64,000 bases of DNA, from contig CAWBZI010000004.1 of NCBI GenBank assembly GCA_963793265.1, positions 96,001-160,000 on the forward strand, read 5' to 3'. Positions 49,362 to 59,484 of the stretch are shown piece after piece. A program made the translations under genes and the position numbers. Below the pieces are notes generated by a model. The model made no database searches and had not been told where the DNA came from. It saw only the letters and a list, made by a program, of their open reading frames with translations. Source of the DNA: an uncultured cyanobacterium. GTDB lineage: Bacteria; Cyanobacteriota; Cyanobacteriia; Phormidesmidales; Phormidesmidaceae. Every line of letters begins with the position of its first letter. Positions within the stretch are counted from its first letter, which is position 1.

Positions 49362-51677
49362 TTACTCGATTGTAAGGGGTTTAGCGATGGGTTTAGATTC
49401 ATGCGCTGAGCTAACTTGACCGATGCAGCGGCTGTAGCTGTAGCCCAGTCGCTTTAGTTCGTCTATGCAGGAGGCTACCTGTTCTGTTGGAATGCTAGCG
49501 AGCAAGCCGCCAGAGGTTTGTGGATCGAAGAGGGCTTGAAAGTTAGGAGAGGAAAGATGGGTGGTGTGGGTTTGGATGCGGGCGATCGCACTCTGTTTAT
49601 TTCGCTCATGCAGTGTACTAACAAGCCCTTTCTGCAAAGTGTCTTTTGCGCCAGGCAATCGCTCAATCGCTTCTAAATCAAGCGTAACGTTAACCTTCGA
49701 GGCAGTGACCATTTCTAACAGATGGCCAGCCAGCCCGAACCCGGTGACATCGGTACAGGCGGTGGCCCTATAGGCTCTGAGGCAGTCGGCGGCATTTTGA
49801 TTGGATTGCAGCATACTTTCAATGGCGCTTTCAATCCAGCGACCTTTGGCCTGACGCTGCATGTCGGCGGCGAAGAGGGTGCCAGTGCCAAGGGCTTTGG
49901 TGAGAATGAGAGACTGGCCGGGCTGAAGCCCGCTTTTGCGCCATATTTGGTCGGGATCTATCCAGCCGTTGCAGGCGAAGCCGAGGGCCAGTTCGGGGCC
50001 TTCGGTGGTGTGTCCGCCGACGAGGAAGGTTTTGGATGGGGCGATCGCAATAGACACCCCAGAAAGGAGCTGATAAAGGATTTCTTCTTGTTTGGCGTCG
50101 GTGCCGTAAGGAACGGTGGCTAAGGCTAAAACGCTGTGGCTAGTCGCGCCCATGGCAAACAGATCGCTGAGGCAGTGGTTAACGCAGATTTGTCCAAAGA
50201 TAAAGGGGTCGTCTACGAGGGCGCGGAACTGATCGACGGTATGGACGTTGAGTTTTCCAGATGGCGTTTTGATGATGGCAGCATCGTCGGGCGCGTCTAG
50301 ACCCGCGTAAATATTGTTGCGATCGGGCCAGTCTTCATTAGCGGGGGCTTCGGCGCGAATGCGGGTAAGTGCGCGGGTAAGTACCTGTTCTCCTACTTTG
50401 GAGCCACAACCAGAGCAGTGCATTCTGGATGTTTCTAATGAATCTCCTTTTGGTAAGGATGTTGCTAAGCGCTCTCTAGAATTTTGAGCTGCCTGCATGT
50501 CAGGAAACTCTGAAAATAAGCTCATGAACTTATGATCAATTCTGTTCTTCCAAGATCTGCACCATTTGGCTCTGACTGCGAATGGCCCCCAAGATGCGAT
50601 AGACGTTTCGGTGTCGGTGTCAATAATGTTGAGATAGCGGCTTTGAGGTCTGAAGGGTTTGAGCGGCTGATCGGTGACGTATCGCTTTAAGTTTTTGTAG
50701 AGCGGCGGGCCCTGGCGAACGGCAAATACGCCTGCTTTCGGGCGCTTGTGGTTGACCATAGTCGCTACGTCACCGGCTGCAAAGATGTTGGGGTGAGAGA
50801 GGGTTTGCAGGGTGTCTTTGACGGCGAGAAAGCCGCTGTCTGTGAGGGTGAGGCCGCTTTCTTTTAGCCAGGGAGGGGCGCTGGCGTTAGTGACCCAGAA
50901 GGTGCGATCGCACTCCACCGTCAGCCCAGAATCACAGCGCACCGAATTTGCAGTTACCTCACACACATTCTCTTCGGTGTGCACCTGAATACTTCTCTCG
51001 CGGCACATCTTCTCAACCATCCACTGCGTTAGCCGGTTGCGGCCTTTGGCTAAGTGTGGGCCACGTTGAAAAATATGAACAGCAATCTGCCCGGCAGGAG
51101 CTTGAGCGTAGTCTTTAATTAGGTGATGCAAGCGAACCTGCATGGCAAAGGCCATTTCTACACCACCGACGCCGCCGCCTACAATGCTGACGACAGCAGG
51201 CGCTTTCGGATCTTTTGAAAGTCTCTTTTTGAGCGTATCAAGATAGCTTTCCCAGGCTTTCAACAGCTTGGGTACAGGTTTAGCAGGAATGGCGTGTTCG
51301 GCTGCGCCAGGGACTTGAGACTTGGTAGGTGTGCTACCGATGTCTATAGAGAGCGCGTCGTATGCGATGGGCGGGTGATTTTTGCAAATCACTTTTTGCC
51401 CGCTGCTATCTAGCCCAATCATCTCGTCCATAATCAGCCGACAGTTGGCAAAGCGCGTCAGCGGTCTGAGGTCGATATGGGCGGTATCAAAGTCGTAAAG
51501 GCCCGAGATGTGGCAGGGCAACATGCCTGAGTAGGGCGTGTCGGCCAGGTTGGTAATTAGCGTGAGGCGGACGTCAGCAGGCCAGGGGTTCATGCCCATT
51601 TTGCGCAGCACGAGCGCGTGGCTGTGACCCCCACCGACTAGGACAAGATCTTGAGTGATGGGGGGAGCAGGTTGCAT
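49362..51677 (-). CDS. selD: Selenide, water dikinase SelD fused to an N-terminal FAD-dependent oxidoreductase
   Basis: LVGGGHSH, PYSGMLP, FAAGD, then HCSGCGSK, DDAA, GGHTTEG, TDVTGFGLAGH, DPQTSGGLL. Confidence 0.93.
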   Translation of the reverse strand: MQPAPPITQDLVLVGGGHSHALVLRKMGMNPWPADVRLTLITNLADTPYSGMLPCHISGLYDFDTAHIDLRPLTRFANCRLIMDEMIGLDSSGQKVICKNHPPIAYDALSIDIGSTPTKSQVPGAAEHAIPAKPVPKLLKAWESYLDTLKKRLSKDPKAPAVVSIVGGGVGGVEMAFAMQVRLHHLIKDYAQAPAGQIAVHIFQRGPHLAKGRNRLTQWMVEKMCRERSIQVHTEENVCEVTANSVRCDSGLTVECDRTFWVTNASAPPWLKESGLTLTDSGFLAVKDTLQTLSHPNIFAAGDVATMVNHKRPKAGVFAVRQGPPLYKNLKRYVTDQPLKPFRPQSRYLNIIDTDTETSIASWGPFAVRAKWCRSWKNRIDHKFMSLFSEFPDMQAAQNSRERLATSLPKGDSLETSRMHCSGCGSKVGEQVLTRALTRIRAEAPANEDWPDRNNIYAGLDAPDDAAIIKTPSGKLNVHTVDQFRALVDDPFIFGQICVNHCLSDLFAMGATSHSVLALATVPYGTDAKQEEILYQLLSGVSIAIAPSKTFLVGGHTTEGPELALGFACNGWIDPDQIWRKSGLQPGQSLILTKALGTGTLFAADMQRQAKGRWIESAIESMLQSNQNAADCLRAYRATACTDVTGFGLAGHLLEMVTASKVNVTLDLEAIERLPGAKDTLQKGLVSTLHERNKQSAIARIQTHTTHLSSPNFQALFDPQTSGGLLASIPTEQVASCIDELKRLGYSYSRCIGQVSSAHESKPIAKPLTIE

Positions 51678-51737
51678 AGGTATAGAATGTTGCGAGCACT
51701 TTCTATCCATTCTATTTACTCGAACGCCAGGTTGCTG

Positions 51738-53201
51738 ATGGATTACGAACGGATTAAGTACGAGACTGAAACGTCCCCTGCGCTGAAGCTGATTAAAAGC
51801 CAGAATGTTGCGTTTACCGTGAGCTTTTTACATAAGCAGTTCAAAACAGCGCATCGGGTTTCTGTAGCGCAGCTAGAGCTAGAGGAGAAGCTGGAGGACT
51901 ATATTGAGTATTTGCAGGGAGGGTATGCGGAGCTGAGGCTGAAGGGGGCGAAGGAGTATTTGAATGATTGGTGTAATGCGCAATGGCTGCGGAAGACGTT
52001 TGAGGATACGAGTGAGGCGGGCGATGAGCCGGTTTTTAGCCTCACGCCTGAGACGGAAAAGGCGATCGCCTGGCTAGAAGATTTGCAGCAGCGAAACGAC
52101 TTTATTGGCACGGAGTCTCGCTTTTTACAGATTGTGTCGCTGCTTAAAGAGATTAAAGAAGGAAGTACCGTTGATGTAGAGGCGCGGGTTGCGCAGCTAG
52201 AGCAGGATAAGGCGAAAATTCAGCAGGAGATTGATACGATTCGAGAAGCTGGCAAAGTCGATCCGTTTAATGAGACGCAGCTACGAGAGCGGTTTATGTC
52301 GGCAAATAGTCTGACGCGCCAGCTAATGAGTGACTTTCGGGCGGTGGAGGCGAAGTTTCGAGAGCTGACTCGGAAGGTGCAGGCGGATCAGCTAGAGATT
52401 GGTAGCCGTCGGGGTACGGTGGTGGGGCGAGTGCTAGATGCTGATGAGGCGCTTAAGGAGTCTGATCAGGGGCGGAGCTTTGAGACTTTTTTTAGATTTT
52501 TGATGTCGGAGAGTAAGCAACGCGAGCTAAAGGAGACGATTGCGGCGGTGTATGAACTGGATGCATTGCGATCGCTGACTAAAAACCAGGGCTTTCTGAG
52601 GCGAATTGTCCGAAACCTGCTCAACTCTGCCGATCACATTGTCGAGTCTAACCGTCGGCTCACTGAAAAGCTGCGGCAGATGCTTGACGAACGCAATATG
52701 CGAGAGAATCGGCGGGTGGCGGACTTGATTGTAGAGGTGCAAAGACTTTCTACACAGATAGCCAGTAGCGCGATAGACGAGAAGCGATTTTGGACAATAG
52801 AAGGCGCACCTGATATTAGTTTGGTGATGGAGCGACCGCTGCATCCGCTGGAAGAAAGCGAGGTGCCGACTTTTGCAGAAGTGAATTTTTCAGAGGCCGA
52901 TGACGATGAGCTAGAAGCAGAGCTAGACGAGCTAGCGCAACAGTTTTATGTGGATGAGCTGGTGCTGGCTGAGCGAATTGATAAAGCATTAGAGGACAGG
53001 GCTAAGATTGCGCTAACGGAGCTGATTGCGCTGTATCCGGTGACAAAAGGACTGCCGGAGGTGGTGGGCTACCTTTCGCTGGCAACGAGATCTGAACAGC
53101 ATTCTATAAGTTCTAGTACTATTGACTTATTAACGATTGAGGGGGTAGAGGCCGACACGCATTTGAAGCTGAAGCTGCCTCAAGTTGTTTTCTACCGGTA
53201 G
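51738..53201 (+). CDS. jetA: Wadjet JetA (DUF3375)
   Basis: FIGTESRF, DFRAVE, SDQGRSFETF, KGLPEVVGYL; operon position. Confidence 0.88.
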   Translation: MDYERIKYETETSPALKLIKSQNVAFTVSFLHKQFKTAHRVSVAQLELEEKLEDYIEYLQGGYAELRLKGAKEYLNDWCNAQWLRKTFEDTSEAGDEPVFSLTPETEKAIAWLEDLQQRNDFIGTESRFLQIVSLLKEIKEGSTVDVEARVAQLEQDKAKIQQEIDTIREAGKVDPFNETQLRERFMSANSLTRQLMSDFRAVEAKFRELTRKVQADQLEIGSRRGTVVGRVLDADEALKESDQGRSFETFFRFLMSESKQRELKETIAAVYELDALRSLTKNQGFLRRIVRNLLNSADHIVESNRRLTEKLRQMLDERNMRENRRVADLIVEVQRLSTQIASSAIDEKRFWTIEGAPDISLVMERPLHPLEESEVPTFAEVNFSEADDDELEAELDELAQQFYVDELVLAERIDKALEDRAKIALTELIALYPVTKGLPEVVGYLSLATRSEQHSISSSTIDLLTIEGVEADTHLKLKLPQVVFYR

Positions 53202-53206
53202 GTTTA

Positions 53207-53812
53207 ATGTCGCCAGGTTTAACGTCGCCGGATAGGCCGCCGCCCTATGCGCCTGTTGTGATCAAGCTGCTGCAAGGCGTTGTGTACAGTGACGATTCGC
53301 CTTATTGGGATCTGCTACAAAGCTATCTCACGCCTGTGAGCGAGTATTTTAGCAAAATCGGTCTGCTTGTACAAAACTACGAGACTCAAGGCTTTGCTTT
53401 TTTAGAACAGCCTGATCCAGACCCGGACGATCCGCCCGGTGAACGGCTGCCTCGCCTGACGATTCGGCACCGGCTGAGCTTTAAAGCGACGGTGTTTTAT
53501 GTGCTGTTGCGCGAGCAGCTTCGGCAGTTTGATGCGAGCGATGAAACGGGGCGGCTGGTGATGAGTATGGAGGAGCTACGCGATATGCTTGCGCCTTATT
53601 TGCCGGAGGGGAATAACGAGGTTAAGTTTCGCAGTGAAGTGAAAAGGATGGTGAATTCGGCTGTTAAAGATATGGGCTTTTTGAAGCCGCTGTCGGGCTC
53701 AGAAGATAATTATGAGGTGCGTCCGATTATTAAGGCCAAGATTGATGCTGAAATGTTGGAGAGGCTAAAGGAAAAACTGGAAGATTATGCAGATGCGCTC
53801 ATCGACGACTGA
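53207..53812 (+). CDS. jetB: Wadjet JetB (DUF4194)
   Basis: IKLLQGVVY, GFAFLEQ, YEVRPIIKA. Confidence 0.88.
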   Translation: MSPGLTSPDRPPPYAPVVIKLLQGVVYSDDSPYWDLLQSYLTPVSEYFSKIGLLVQNYETQGFAFLEQPDPDPDDPPGERLPRLTIRHRLSFKATVFYVLLREQLRQFDASDETGRLVMSMEELRDMLAPYLPEGNNEVKFRSEVKRMVNSAVKDMGFLKPLSGSEDNYEVRPIIKAKIDAEMLERLKEKLEDYADALIDD

Positions 53813-56800
53813 TTTGTTTGAAGCAGAGACGGCTCCAGAAAGTACAGAAGAGGAGACTACAGACGCGCTGGCGGGCTTTCGGCTGCAACGGCTAGAAGTG
53901 TTGAACTGGGGCACGTTTGACCAGCGGCCCTGGTCTTTGGATTTGGCGGGTGGTACGTCTTTGCTCACGGGTGAGAATGGGTCGGGGAAGTCTACGCTGG
54001 TAGATGGGCTGCTGACGCTGCTGGTGCCGAATAGAGGGCGAAACTACAATCAGGCTTCGGGGGATGCGGGGAAGAAGAAGGAGCGGAATGAGAAGAGCTA
54101 TGTGCAGGGGGCGTATGCTAGAACGCGCTCGGAAGAAGGCTATGAATCTAAGTCCAAGTATTTGAGAGAGAAAGGCGATATTTCGGTATTGCTGGCTTAT
54201 TTTAGCGATCGCACTCTACAAAAGGAAGTATCTCTAGCGCAGGTGCTTTGGATAGATAAGGGCAGCGTACGAAAGTTTTTTGTGATCGCTGATGCTGAGC
54301 TAAGAATGGAGCACTTTACCCAGTGTAAAGATGTCTCTTTGTTGAAGAGAACGCTGAAAGAGAATAACGTTGAGCTGTTTGATAACTTTTCTGTCTACGC
54401 TTTGCAGTTTCGCAGACGGTTTGGACTATCTTCTGATAAGGCGCTCGATCTGTTTAATCAGACGGTGAGCATTAAAGAGATTGACGGGCTCAACAAGTTT
54501 GTGCGCGACCATATGCTAGAAGCTGAGGACATGCGCCCGAAGATTGACGGGCTGCAACAGGGATATGAGAACTTGACGATTTCTCATACGGCGATTAAGA
54601 AAGCGCGGGAGCAGCTAGAGGCGCTGATGCCGCTGACGAAAGATGCAGATAAGTACCAAAAGCTTGAGCGCGAGGTGGCTTCGTTAGAGCGGGCTAAGGT
54701 GGTTGCGCCTGCTTTTTTTGCGGCTCGAAAGCTTGAGCTTCTGGTAGATGAGCTGCGAGATATTGAGCGGGAGTTGGGGCGATCGCAGAATGCGAAAGAT
54801 GAGTGCGATCGCCTCTTAAGCACACAGCGTCAGCAGGAGAAAGATCTTGAGTTTGCTATTCAGCAGGACAGCATTGGTCAGCGGCTAAAGGCGCTAAAGC
54901 AGGAGATAGAACAGATTCAAAAGGCGGTGAGACAGAAGCAGGCTGTTGCAAAAGGGTATGACGAGCTAGCTAAGTGGCTTGAGTTTGAGACTTATAGCGA
55001 CAGCGACACGTTTTATAAAAACCGGGACAAGGGAGAAAAGCTGGCTGAGACGATTAGCGGGGATCTGGCTGAGATTGTGAGGCAAAGAGATGCGCAAAAG
55101 CTACAGCAGTCTGAGCTAGAGAAGCAGCGATCGCAGCTAGATGAAGAACTTACGTCCTTGCGCAGCCGCAAAAGTCAGATTCCAAAGCAGACTTTAGATA
55201 TACGCGATCGCCTCACCGAAGCGCTCGATCTTAAGGATGCGGATCTCCCTTTTGTAGGTGAATTGCTTCAGGTGCGCTCTGAAGAAAAAGCTTGGGAAGG
55301 CGCAATTGAAAGGCTGCTGCGTGGATTTGGCCTGTGCTTGCTGGTGCCCGAAGCGCACTACTCGGCGGTGAATGCCTATGTGAACAAAACGAATTTGCGG
55401 GGGCGGCTCGTGTATTACAAGGTGACGCCGGTAGCACCGAATCCGACGAGGCGATCGCTCGACCCCAATCAGATTCCAGCCAAGCTACAGGTCAAGCAAG
55501 ATGACGTATTTTTTGAATGGCTGCGAGAGCGGCTGGTGCAGCAGTTTAACTATGTGTGCTGCACTGGTATTGAGCAGTTTCAGCGAGAGAAACGGGCGAT
55601 TACGCAAGCGGGCTTGATTAAGCATGGAAAGGGACGGCATGAGAAAGATGACAGTTCGAGAATTGATAACCGCAGTCGGTATATCTTAGGGTGGAACAAC
55701 GCGAGTAAAATTAAGGCGTTAGAAGAAGATTTGCAGGCGGTGAATCAGCAGCTTGCGGGTATTGTGAAGGCGATTGAGACGCTGGAGCGGCAGCAGGGGC
55801 AGCGAGAACAGCAGCGGTCTTGGCTGCAAGATTTTATGCGATTTGCTGATTTTGCTGAGATTGATTGGGAGCAGGCTGAGGGCGATCGCTTAGCCCTTGT
55901 GCAGCAAAAGAAGCAGCTAGAAGAAGGCTCTGACAGGCTCAAAAAGCTAGAGGCGCAGCTAAAAGAGATTCAAGTAGAGATAGCGCAGACGAGCGAGAAC
56001 AGAGATCAGGCCGTTAAAAACCATCAGTCGCTTACAGACCGAAAAGACTTCAACGTAAAGGCTCAAAAACAGTGTGAAGTTCTTTCAGCCGCCATACCTG
56101 CTGATGAAATTGAAGCGTTTGCAGCAAAGCACACTAAAAAGCTCAAAACCTATAAGCTGACGCTAGCAACAATTGCGGATGACGCGGCTGATATGAAGGA
56201 TGTGTTGCAGTCATTACTCAGGAAGCGAGAGCAGCAGCAAGGAGAGGTGAAAAATTCAATTGGCCGGTGTTTGGCTAAGTTCAAGGCAGAATTTGTTGAG
56301 GCCACGATGGAGCTTGGCGATGACTACCAGTACTTAGATGAGTATCTGGCGCTGAAAAAGAAGATTGAGCAGGACGATTTGCCGCAGTATGAGAAGCGCT
56401 TCAAGATGCTGATGAACGATACGGTGATTAAAACGTTTTCTATGTTCAAAAGTGATTTGGAGAAGCAAGAAGAAGAGATAGAATTTGCTATTCATGATCT
56501 CAATGAGTCGCTCAGGCAGATTGACTATACCGACAGTACCTATATTGAGCTGCGCTGTGAAAAGACAAAGCATCGCGAGATTAGAGACTTTAAGGAGAGC
56601 TTAAAGTACTGCTTAGGCGACGTGGCGCGTCAGACGCCAGAAGACAATGAGGAGCGCTTTCAGCGGATTCGGACAAACCTGATCGAGCGCTTTAAGGCTG
56701 AAGATAGATGGACAAAGCTGGTGACTGATGTGCGCAACTGGCTGGACTTTTCAGTAAGTGAGCGCTATCGGGAAGATGAGGTGGAAAAAGAGCACCACAC

Positions 56801-57200
56801 GGATTCTTCGGGAAAATCGGGCGGGCAGAAGGTGAAGCTGGCCTATACGATTTTGGCGAGTGCTATTGCCTATCAGTTTGGCCTGACGCAGCATGACGGC
56901 GCAGCTAACGATATATACAATCTCCAAAACCAAAAGACGTTTCGATTCGTTGTAATTGACGAAGCTTTCGGTCGCTCAGATGATGCTAACGCTCGCTATG
57001 CAATGGATCTGTTTAAGAGCTTAGATCTTCAATTGCTCGTGATTACGCCCATGGGCAAAATTAATGTTCTAACGCCCTACATCGATACCCTGCATCTGGT
57101 GTCTAACACCTCTGAGGGTAACTACTCCAAGGTGATTTCTATGTCTATTGAAGAATTTCTGCAGCGTCGGGAGTCGGGAGCTGCGGTGGCTGAATCGTGA
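53787..57200 (+). CDS. jetC: Wadjet JetC, SMC-like ATPase
   Basis: NWGTF, Walker A GENGSGKST, long coiled coils, KSGGQK signature, Walker B VVIDEAF. Confidence 0.92.
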   Translation: MQMRSSTTDLFEAETAPESTEEETTDALAGFRLQRLEVLNWGTFDQRPWSLDLAGGTSLLTGENGSGKSTLVDGLLTLLVPNRGRNYNQASGDAGKKKERNEKSYVQGAYARTRSEEGYESKSKYLREKGDISVLLAYFSDRTLQKEVSLAQVLWIDKGSVRKFFVIADAELRMEHFTQCKDVSLLKRTLKENNVELFDNFSVYALQFRRRFGLSSDKALDLFNQTVSIKEIDGLNKFVRDHMLEAEDMRPKIDGLQQGYENLTISHTAIKKAREQLEALMPLTKDADKYQKLEREVASLERAKVVAPAFFAARKLELLVDELRDIERELGRSQNAKDECDRLLSTQRQQEKDLEFAIQQDSIGQRLKALKQEIEQIQKAVRQKQAVAKGYDELAKWLEFETYSDSDTFYKNRDKGEKLAETISGDLAEIVRQRDAQKLQQSELEKQRSQLDEELTSLRSRKSQIPKQTLDIRDRLTEALDLKDADLPFVGELLQVRSEEKAWEGAIERLLRGFGLCLLVPEAHYSAVNAYVNKTNLRGRLVYYKVTPVAPNPTRRSLDPNQIPAKLQVKQDDVFFEWLRERLVQQFNYVCCTGIEQFQREKRAITQAGLIKHGKGRHEKDDSSRIDNRSRYILGWNNASKIKALEEDLQAVNQQLAGIVKAIETLERQQGQREQQRSWLQDFMRFADFAEIDWEQAEGDRLALVQQKKQLEEGSDRLKKLEAQLKEIQVEIAQTSENRDQAVKNHQSLTDRKDFNVKAQKQCEVLSAAIPADEIEAFAAKHTKKLKTYKLTLATIADDAADMKDVLQSLLRKREQQQGEVKNSIGRCLAKFKAEFVEATMELGDDYQYLDEYLALKKKIEQDDLPQYEKRFKMLMNDTVIKTFSMFKSDLEKQEEEIEFAIHDLNESLRQIDYTDSTYIELRCEKTKHREIRDFKESLKYCLGDVARQTPEDNEERFQRIRTNLIERFKAEDRWTKLVTDVRNWLDFSVSERYREDEVEKEHHTDSSGKSGGQKVKLAYTILASAIAYQFGLTQHDGAANDIYNLQNQKTFRFVVIDEAFGRSDDANARYAMDLFKSLDLQLLVITPMGKINVLTPYIDTLHLVSNTSEGNYSKVISMSIEEFLQRRESGAAVAES

Positions 57201-57375
57201 TTAGTCCTGAAGAGATAAAGAAGAAGGCCGAGCGGTGCTATGAAGACTTTTTGAGAGGGGCGATCGCGCACGAATCTATCTTTCCAATTGATCTACCCAT
57301 TGGCCGCGTTCCTAAGGACTATCTTGAATTGCTCGAAGCGGTCACTGAGCTGATAAATGCCTCGAAAGCGATCGC
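57197..57375 (+). pseudogene. jetD: Wadjet JetD N-terminal fragment (DUF3322-like), truncated
   Basis: GTGA overlap with the jetC stop; MISPEEIKKKAERCY...FPIDLP...SKA; similarity ends at HIP1 57368-57375; no TOPRIM domain; the ORF reads on to 57487. Confidence 0.8.
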
Positions 57376-57852
57376 AATCTCCTTTTCTCTCAAAATTAGA
57401 CTGATAGTAATCAGCGCCCATCAGCAGACTATTCGTAATTGTGCAGCCTGCTTCAATGCGCGAGCGTATGGTCAGGCCACTGATTGAGCAAGATCTATCA
57501 GCACTTGTCGCTTGAATACATAAATCCCCATTGAAGCGATGTAGGGTTTGCTTTGAGCCTCTGCTGGTGAGAGGCCCAAAGAGGCAGTGTCTACCTGCAT
57601 CTGTTGTAGAGCCTCGCCTTTAGGCTTTTCGCTAAAGTCAACAATGCGGCCATCCTCATTCATTTTCATCAGGCCAAAGCTAGAGGCGCGTTCCTCACCC
57701 ACGGGCAGTACTGCTAGGGTGATATCTGCGTCTGTTTCTCGATGTCGATAGATAAAATCTCGATAGTCCATACGATAGAGATGGTCGCCCGATAAAATCA
57801 GGTACTCATCTACATCGTTCTCTTGAAAAAGCGATATGTACTGTCGCACCGC
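57368..57852 (-). pseudogene. glgC: ADP-glucose pyrophosphorylase remnant
   Basis: AVRQY...[12 protein letters not shown]...FSEKPKG...ASMGIYVF; frameshift near 57490; internal deletion near 57468; then RSRIEAGCTITNSLLMGADYYQ; no start and no C-terminus. Confidence 0.9.
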
Positions 57853-57872
57853 TAGGAGAAACGACTTATGGG

Positions 57873-59423
57873 TTACGTCGCGGCATCCGCTGATGTAATT
57901 AAAATGGTGCGGTCTAGGGCTTGGGAGAGCATGTCGCGATCGCCCCTCGCCGCCCATAGCTCAATTGCTAATTCTCCTTCCCCACTAGCAACAATCTCGA
58001 TATCTTTCTCTGAAATATTGCAAGCGATAGACTTCACCTGTTGATTTTTTGCTCTGTCTAACCCGATGGCAATTCTGAGCAGTCCTGCTAGTATCCATAC
58101 GGTTTGTTTTTGCTGGTCAGAAAGCCTTTTGAACTGTTTATGTTTTGATTTGGGATAAGCCTTGCGATGATAGCGAACAACGTGGCCAGTCAGCAGCATT
58201 TCTACGTCAGTGAAGCCGCGCGGCTTCTCTTTTTGAAGAATGTAACGGGAGCTTTTGTGATAGCTTTTGAAGGAGATATATTGACCAATATTGTGAAGCA
58301 GAGAAGCGTATTCTAAAATCTCTTTTTCTGTGTTGCCAAGCTCGTGTAAGGGCTGAGTTTGCTCGAATAGCTGTAGGGCTAAGTTGGCTACGTGACTGTT
58401 GCTCTCCCAGTCTGCTCCGTATTTGTCTACGAGCTGAGCGGCCTTTCGATGACGAAGACTTTCTGTTTCCAAAGAAAAGGTGGCGATGCTTTGCGAATGC
58501 CGTTCGATGTAGTCAAGGATGAGGCCCTCGCGTAAGGACGCTTCGCAAAGGGTGAGTTCTGTTACCTCTGCCATCTTCAATAGCTGTACGAGTAAAACGC
58601 CGCCCAGGTGAATAGCGTCGCTGCGCTTGCTGTTAACGCCGTCTACTTTCTCTCTTTTGCTAGGCTTAAGGCCGATGAGCTGATTTGTGATATCTTCGAT
58701 TTCGCTGAGTTGGACGACTTCGGCGTTAAGGGTTTGAAGGGGCTGTTTGTGGTGCTCTAGGTAGGCGGCTTCGCCCATCGTGCGAATGGTGCCGGAGGTG
58801 CCAATAACGCGGCTGAATCCGGCCTGCTTGGCCTCAGAGATTGGGTTTTGGGCAATAAAGCGGATGTGCGATTCTAAAACGCTGCGGGCTTCTTTGCTGA
58901 TAGCGCCTTCGTCTGGAAACATGTCGAGCAGGCGCAGTACGCCGAGCTTCATGCTGGTGCCAAAGAGAATATCCTGGCGGTTGCCGACAACGGCTTCGGT
59001 GCTGCCGCCGCCAATATCGAGGACAAGCGCGTTCTCGCCTTTTTCAAGGGCGATCGCGTTCCTCACTGCCAAAAAAATCAGCCGCGCTTCTTCCTTGCCT
59101 GAAATAATGCGCGGCCTGATGCCTGTACGCCGCACGACTTCTTTTAAAAACGCCTCGCCATTTTGCGCCTCTCTCGTGGCGCTGGTCGCTGCGGTGATGA
59201 TTTCGTCTACACCGAGTTCTTCGGCTAGGCGAACGTAGCGCTCGATGGTGTCGAGGCCAAGCTTGTAGGCGCGATCGCTCAACCGATTGGTGGCAAACAC
59301 GCCTGCGCCTAGTTTCGCCATTTCCTTAACGCGATCAATCACCTCAAAGTTGCGCTTTTGCAGCACTTTGACGACCACCATATGAATGGAGTTGGTGCCA
59401 ATATCAATTGCTGCTAACTTCAT
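57873..59423 (-). CDS. ppx: Ppx/GppA family exopolyphosphatase
   Basis: [31 protein letters not shown]-like C-terminus LLHNIG. Confidence 0.92.
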   Translation of the reverse strand: MKLAAIDIGTNSIHMVVVKVLQKRNFEVIDRVKEMAKLGAGVFATNRLSDRAYKLGLDTIERYVRLAEELGVDEIITAATSATREAQNGEAFLKEVVRRTGIRPRIISGKEEARLIFLAVRNAIALEKGENALVLDIGGGSTEAVVGNRQDILFGTSMKLGVLRLLDMFPDEGAISKEARSVLESHIRFIAQNPISEAKQAGFSRVIGTSGTIRTMGEAAYLEHHKQPLQTLNAEVVQLSEIEDITNQLIGLKPSKREKVDGVNSKRSDAIHLGGVLLVQLLKMAEVTELTLCEASLREGLILDYIERHSQSIATFSLETESLRHRKAAQLVDKYGADWESNSHVANLALQLFEQTQPLHELGNTEKEILEYASLLHNIGQYISFKSYHKSSRYILQKEKPRGFTDVEMLLTGHVVRYHRKAYPKSKHKQFKRLSDQQKQTVWILAGLLRIAIGLDRAKNQQVKSIACNISEKDIEIVASGEGELAIELWAARGDRDMLSQALDRTILITSADAAT

Positions 59424-59484
59424 GGGCTTTAGTTTTCGCGAAATGTACAGGAACCTTTGGCTTGTTAGCGGCTTTTTAAGGCGA

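Noticed and set aside
48278..49402. 374-aa ORF as an intact MnmH
   Set aside because: Its first ~68 residues are out-of-frame sequence; the true rhodanese start is in the 49143-49331 ORF.
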